Positions 63,330 through 64,000 of a stretch of DNA of 64,000 nt are shown one piece after another (position 1 is the first letter of the stretch; every line of letters begins with the position of its first letter). The notes below the pieces were generated by a model. It saw only the letters and a program-made list of their open reading frames with translations, was not told the origin of the DNA and ran no database searches. The translations under genes were made by a program, and so were the position numbers. Source of the DNA: Squalus acanthias. Its lineage: Eukaryota. The stretch is taken from assembly GCA_030390025.1 (NCBI GenBank), contig JASTWF010000330.1, positions 186,001 through 250,000 of the forward strand, read 5' to 3'.

Positions 63330-64000
63330 CTGAAATAAAAGAAGAGAGATTTGGGAGAGTGCAGAGTGGAGAACACCAGAACAGGTCATCAGGCTGGTAC
63401 TGGAGCCAATCGCAATCCCACTCACTCACTGCATCCCACTCCCCTCAGGAACCGCGTCCCACTCCCCTCAGGAACTGCGTCCCACTCCCCTCAGGAACTG
63501 CGTCCCACTCCCCTCAGGAACTGCGTCCCACTCCCCTCAGGAACTGCGTCCCACTCCCCTCAGGAACTGCGTCCCACTCCCCTCAGGAACTGCGTCCCAC
63601 TCCCCTCAGGAACTGTGTCCCTCTCCCCTCAGGAACTGCATCCCACTAACCTCTAGAACTGCGTCCCACTCCCCTCAGGAACTGCGTCCCACTCCCCTCA
63701 GGAACTGCGTCCCTCTCCTCTCAGGAACTGCATCCCACTCCTCTCAATCTCCTCAACCCACTTCACTCAGTCTCATCATCCCACCCTCCTAAGTCTCCTC
63801 ATCCCACTCCCGACAGTCTCCTCATCCCATTCAGATCAGTACCGTCATTCCACTTCCCTCAGTCTTCTCAGCCCACTCCCCTCAGTCTCCTCATCCCACT
63901 CCCCTCATTCTCCTCATCCCACTACCCTCAGTCTTCTCAGCCCACTCCCCTCTGTCTCCTTATCCCACTCACCTCAGTCTCCTCATTCCACTCCCCTCTG

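Larger units (their letters stand above)
23040..63740. repeat. 23-bp minisatellite, variant 2 (CTCAGGAACYGCGTYCCACTCCC)n, as one block beside the acceptor flank of each type A/C exon (e.g. ~23040-23485, ~38500-39270, ~49240-50215, ~52170-53210)
   Basis: Same length and same CCACTCCCCTCAG core as variant 1, but with a CpG-containing GAACTGCG/GAACCGCG middle. Confidence 0.95.
660..64000. repeat. 23-bp minisatellite, variant 1 (CTCAGTCTCCTCATCCCACTCCC)n, the main intron filler; longest tracts ~3990-22300 and ~27283-30840
   Basis: Directly visible tandem 23-mer with scattered substitutions and 1-2 nt deletions; C-rich on the plus strand. Confidence 0.97.

Noticed and set aside
33145..63429. Short 61-86 aa ORFs on both strands over each island as standalone genes, and the phase-0 reading IRTHPQHSRLKNPLTVHPLSQWGLQTQ
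   Set aside because: Most start at non-ATG codons in flanking sequence and span the splice signals. Phase 0 has TGA in the copies at 22843, 31335, 37311, 45443 and 49060.
22740..63430. CRISPR-like appearance (conserved islands alternating with variable sequence, 23-bp repeats)
   Set aside because: The 23-mers are contiguous with no unique spacers, the islands are ~270 bp with splice signals, there are no cas genes, and the DNA contains a vertebrate LINE and SINE.
508..63656. Very long plus-strand ORFs (up to 1857 aa) rich in Pro/Ser/His/Leu, resembling extensins or mucins
   Set aside because: The C-rich 23-mer has no stop codon in any frame, and 23 is not a multiple of 3, so all three frames give the same cyclic peptide. 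The ORFs overlap in all frames, tolerate frameshifting indels and run through the N gap.
33000..63740. Immunoglobulin switch region or V(D)J segment array
   Set aside because: No Ig-domain exons, no heptamer-spacer-nonamer signals that I could find, and neither repeat unit contains AGCT. Only the G-skew is shared.

Overview
Eukaryotic, not microbial, DNA. It is most likely from a cartilaginous fish (inference from an HE1-like V-SINE that shares its 3' tail with a CR1/HER1-like LINE). Most of the window is a C-rich 23-bp minisatellite in two variants, CTCAGTCTCCTCATCCCACTCCC and CTCAGGAACTGCGTCCCACTCCC. The long Pro/Ser/His/Leu plus-strand ORFs are artefacts of that repeat. Embedded in the minisatellite on the minus strand are 30 tandemly duplicated short exon-like cassettes (23 x 81 nt, 7 x 96 nt). 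Each has a polypyrimidine tract plus AG acceptor and a CAG|GTATCT donor, except one copy whose donor is mutated to AT. All lengths are multiples of 3, and only the phase-1 frame is open in every copy. It encodes acidic Ser/Thr-rich mucin-like peptides such as DPDTSTTQSTQESTDRSSTIPVGSADS (818 aa if all 29 intact exons are joined). This looks like the middle of a gene whose putative O-glycosylated stalk has been amplified exon by exon. The window records nested duplications, a dead donor, a duplicated acceptor, orphan flanks that lost their exon, and two retroposon insertions. The host gene cannot be named because no unique exon is in the window. There is a 354-nt assembly gap.
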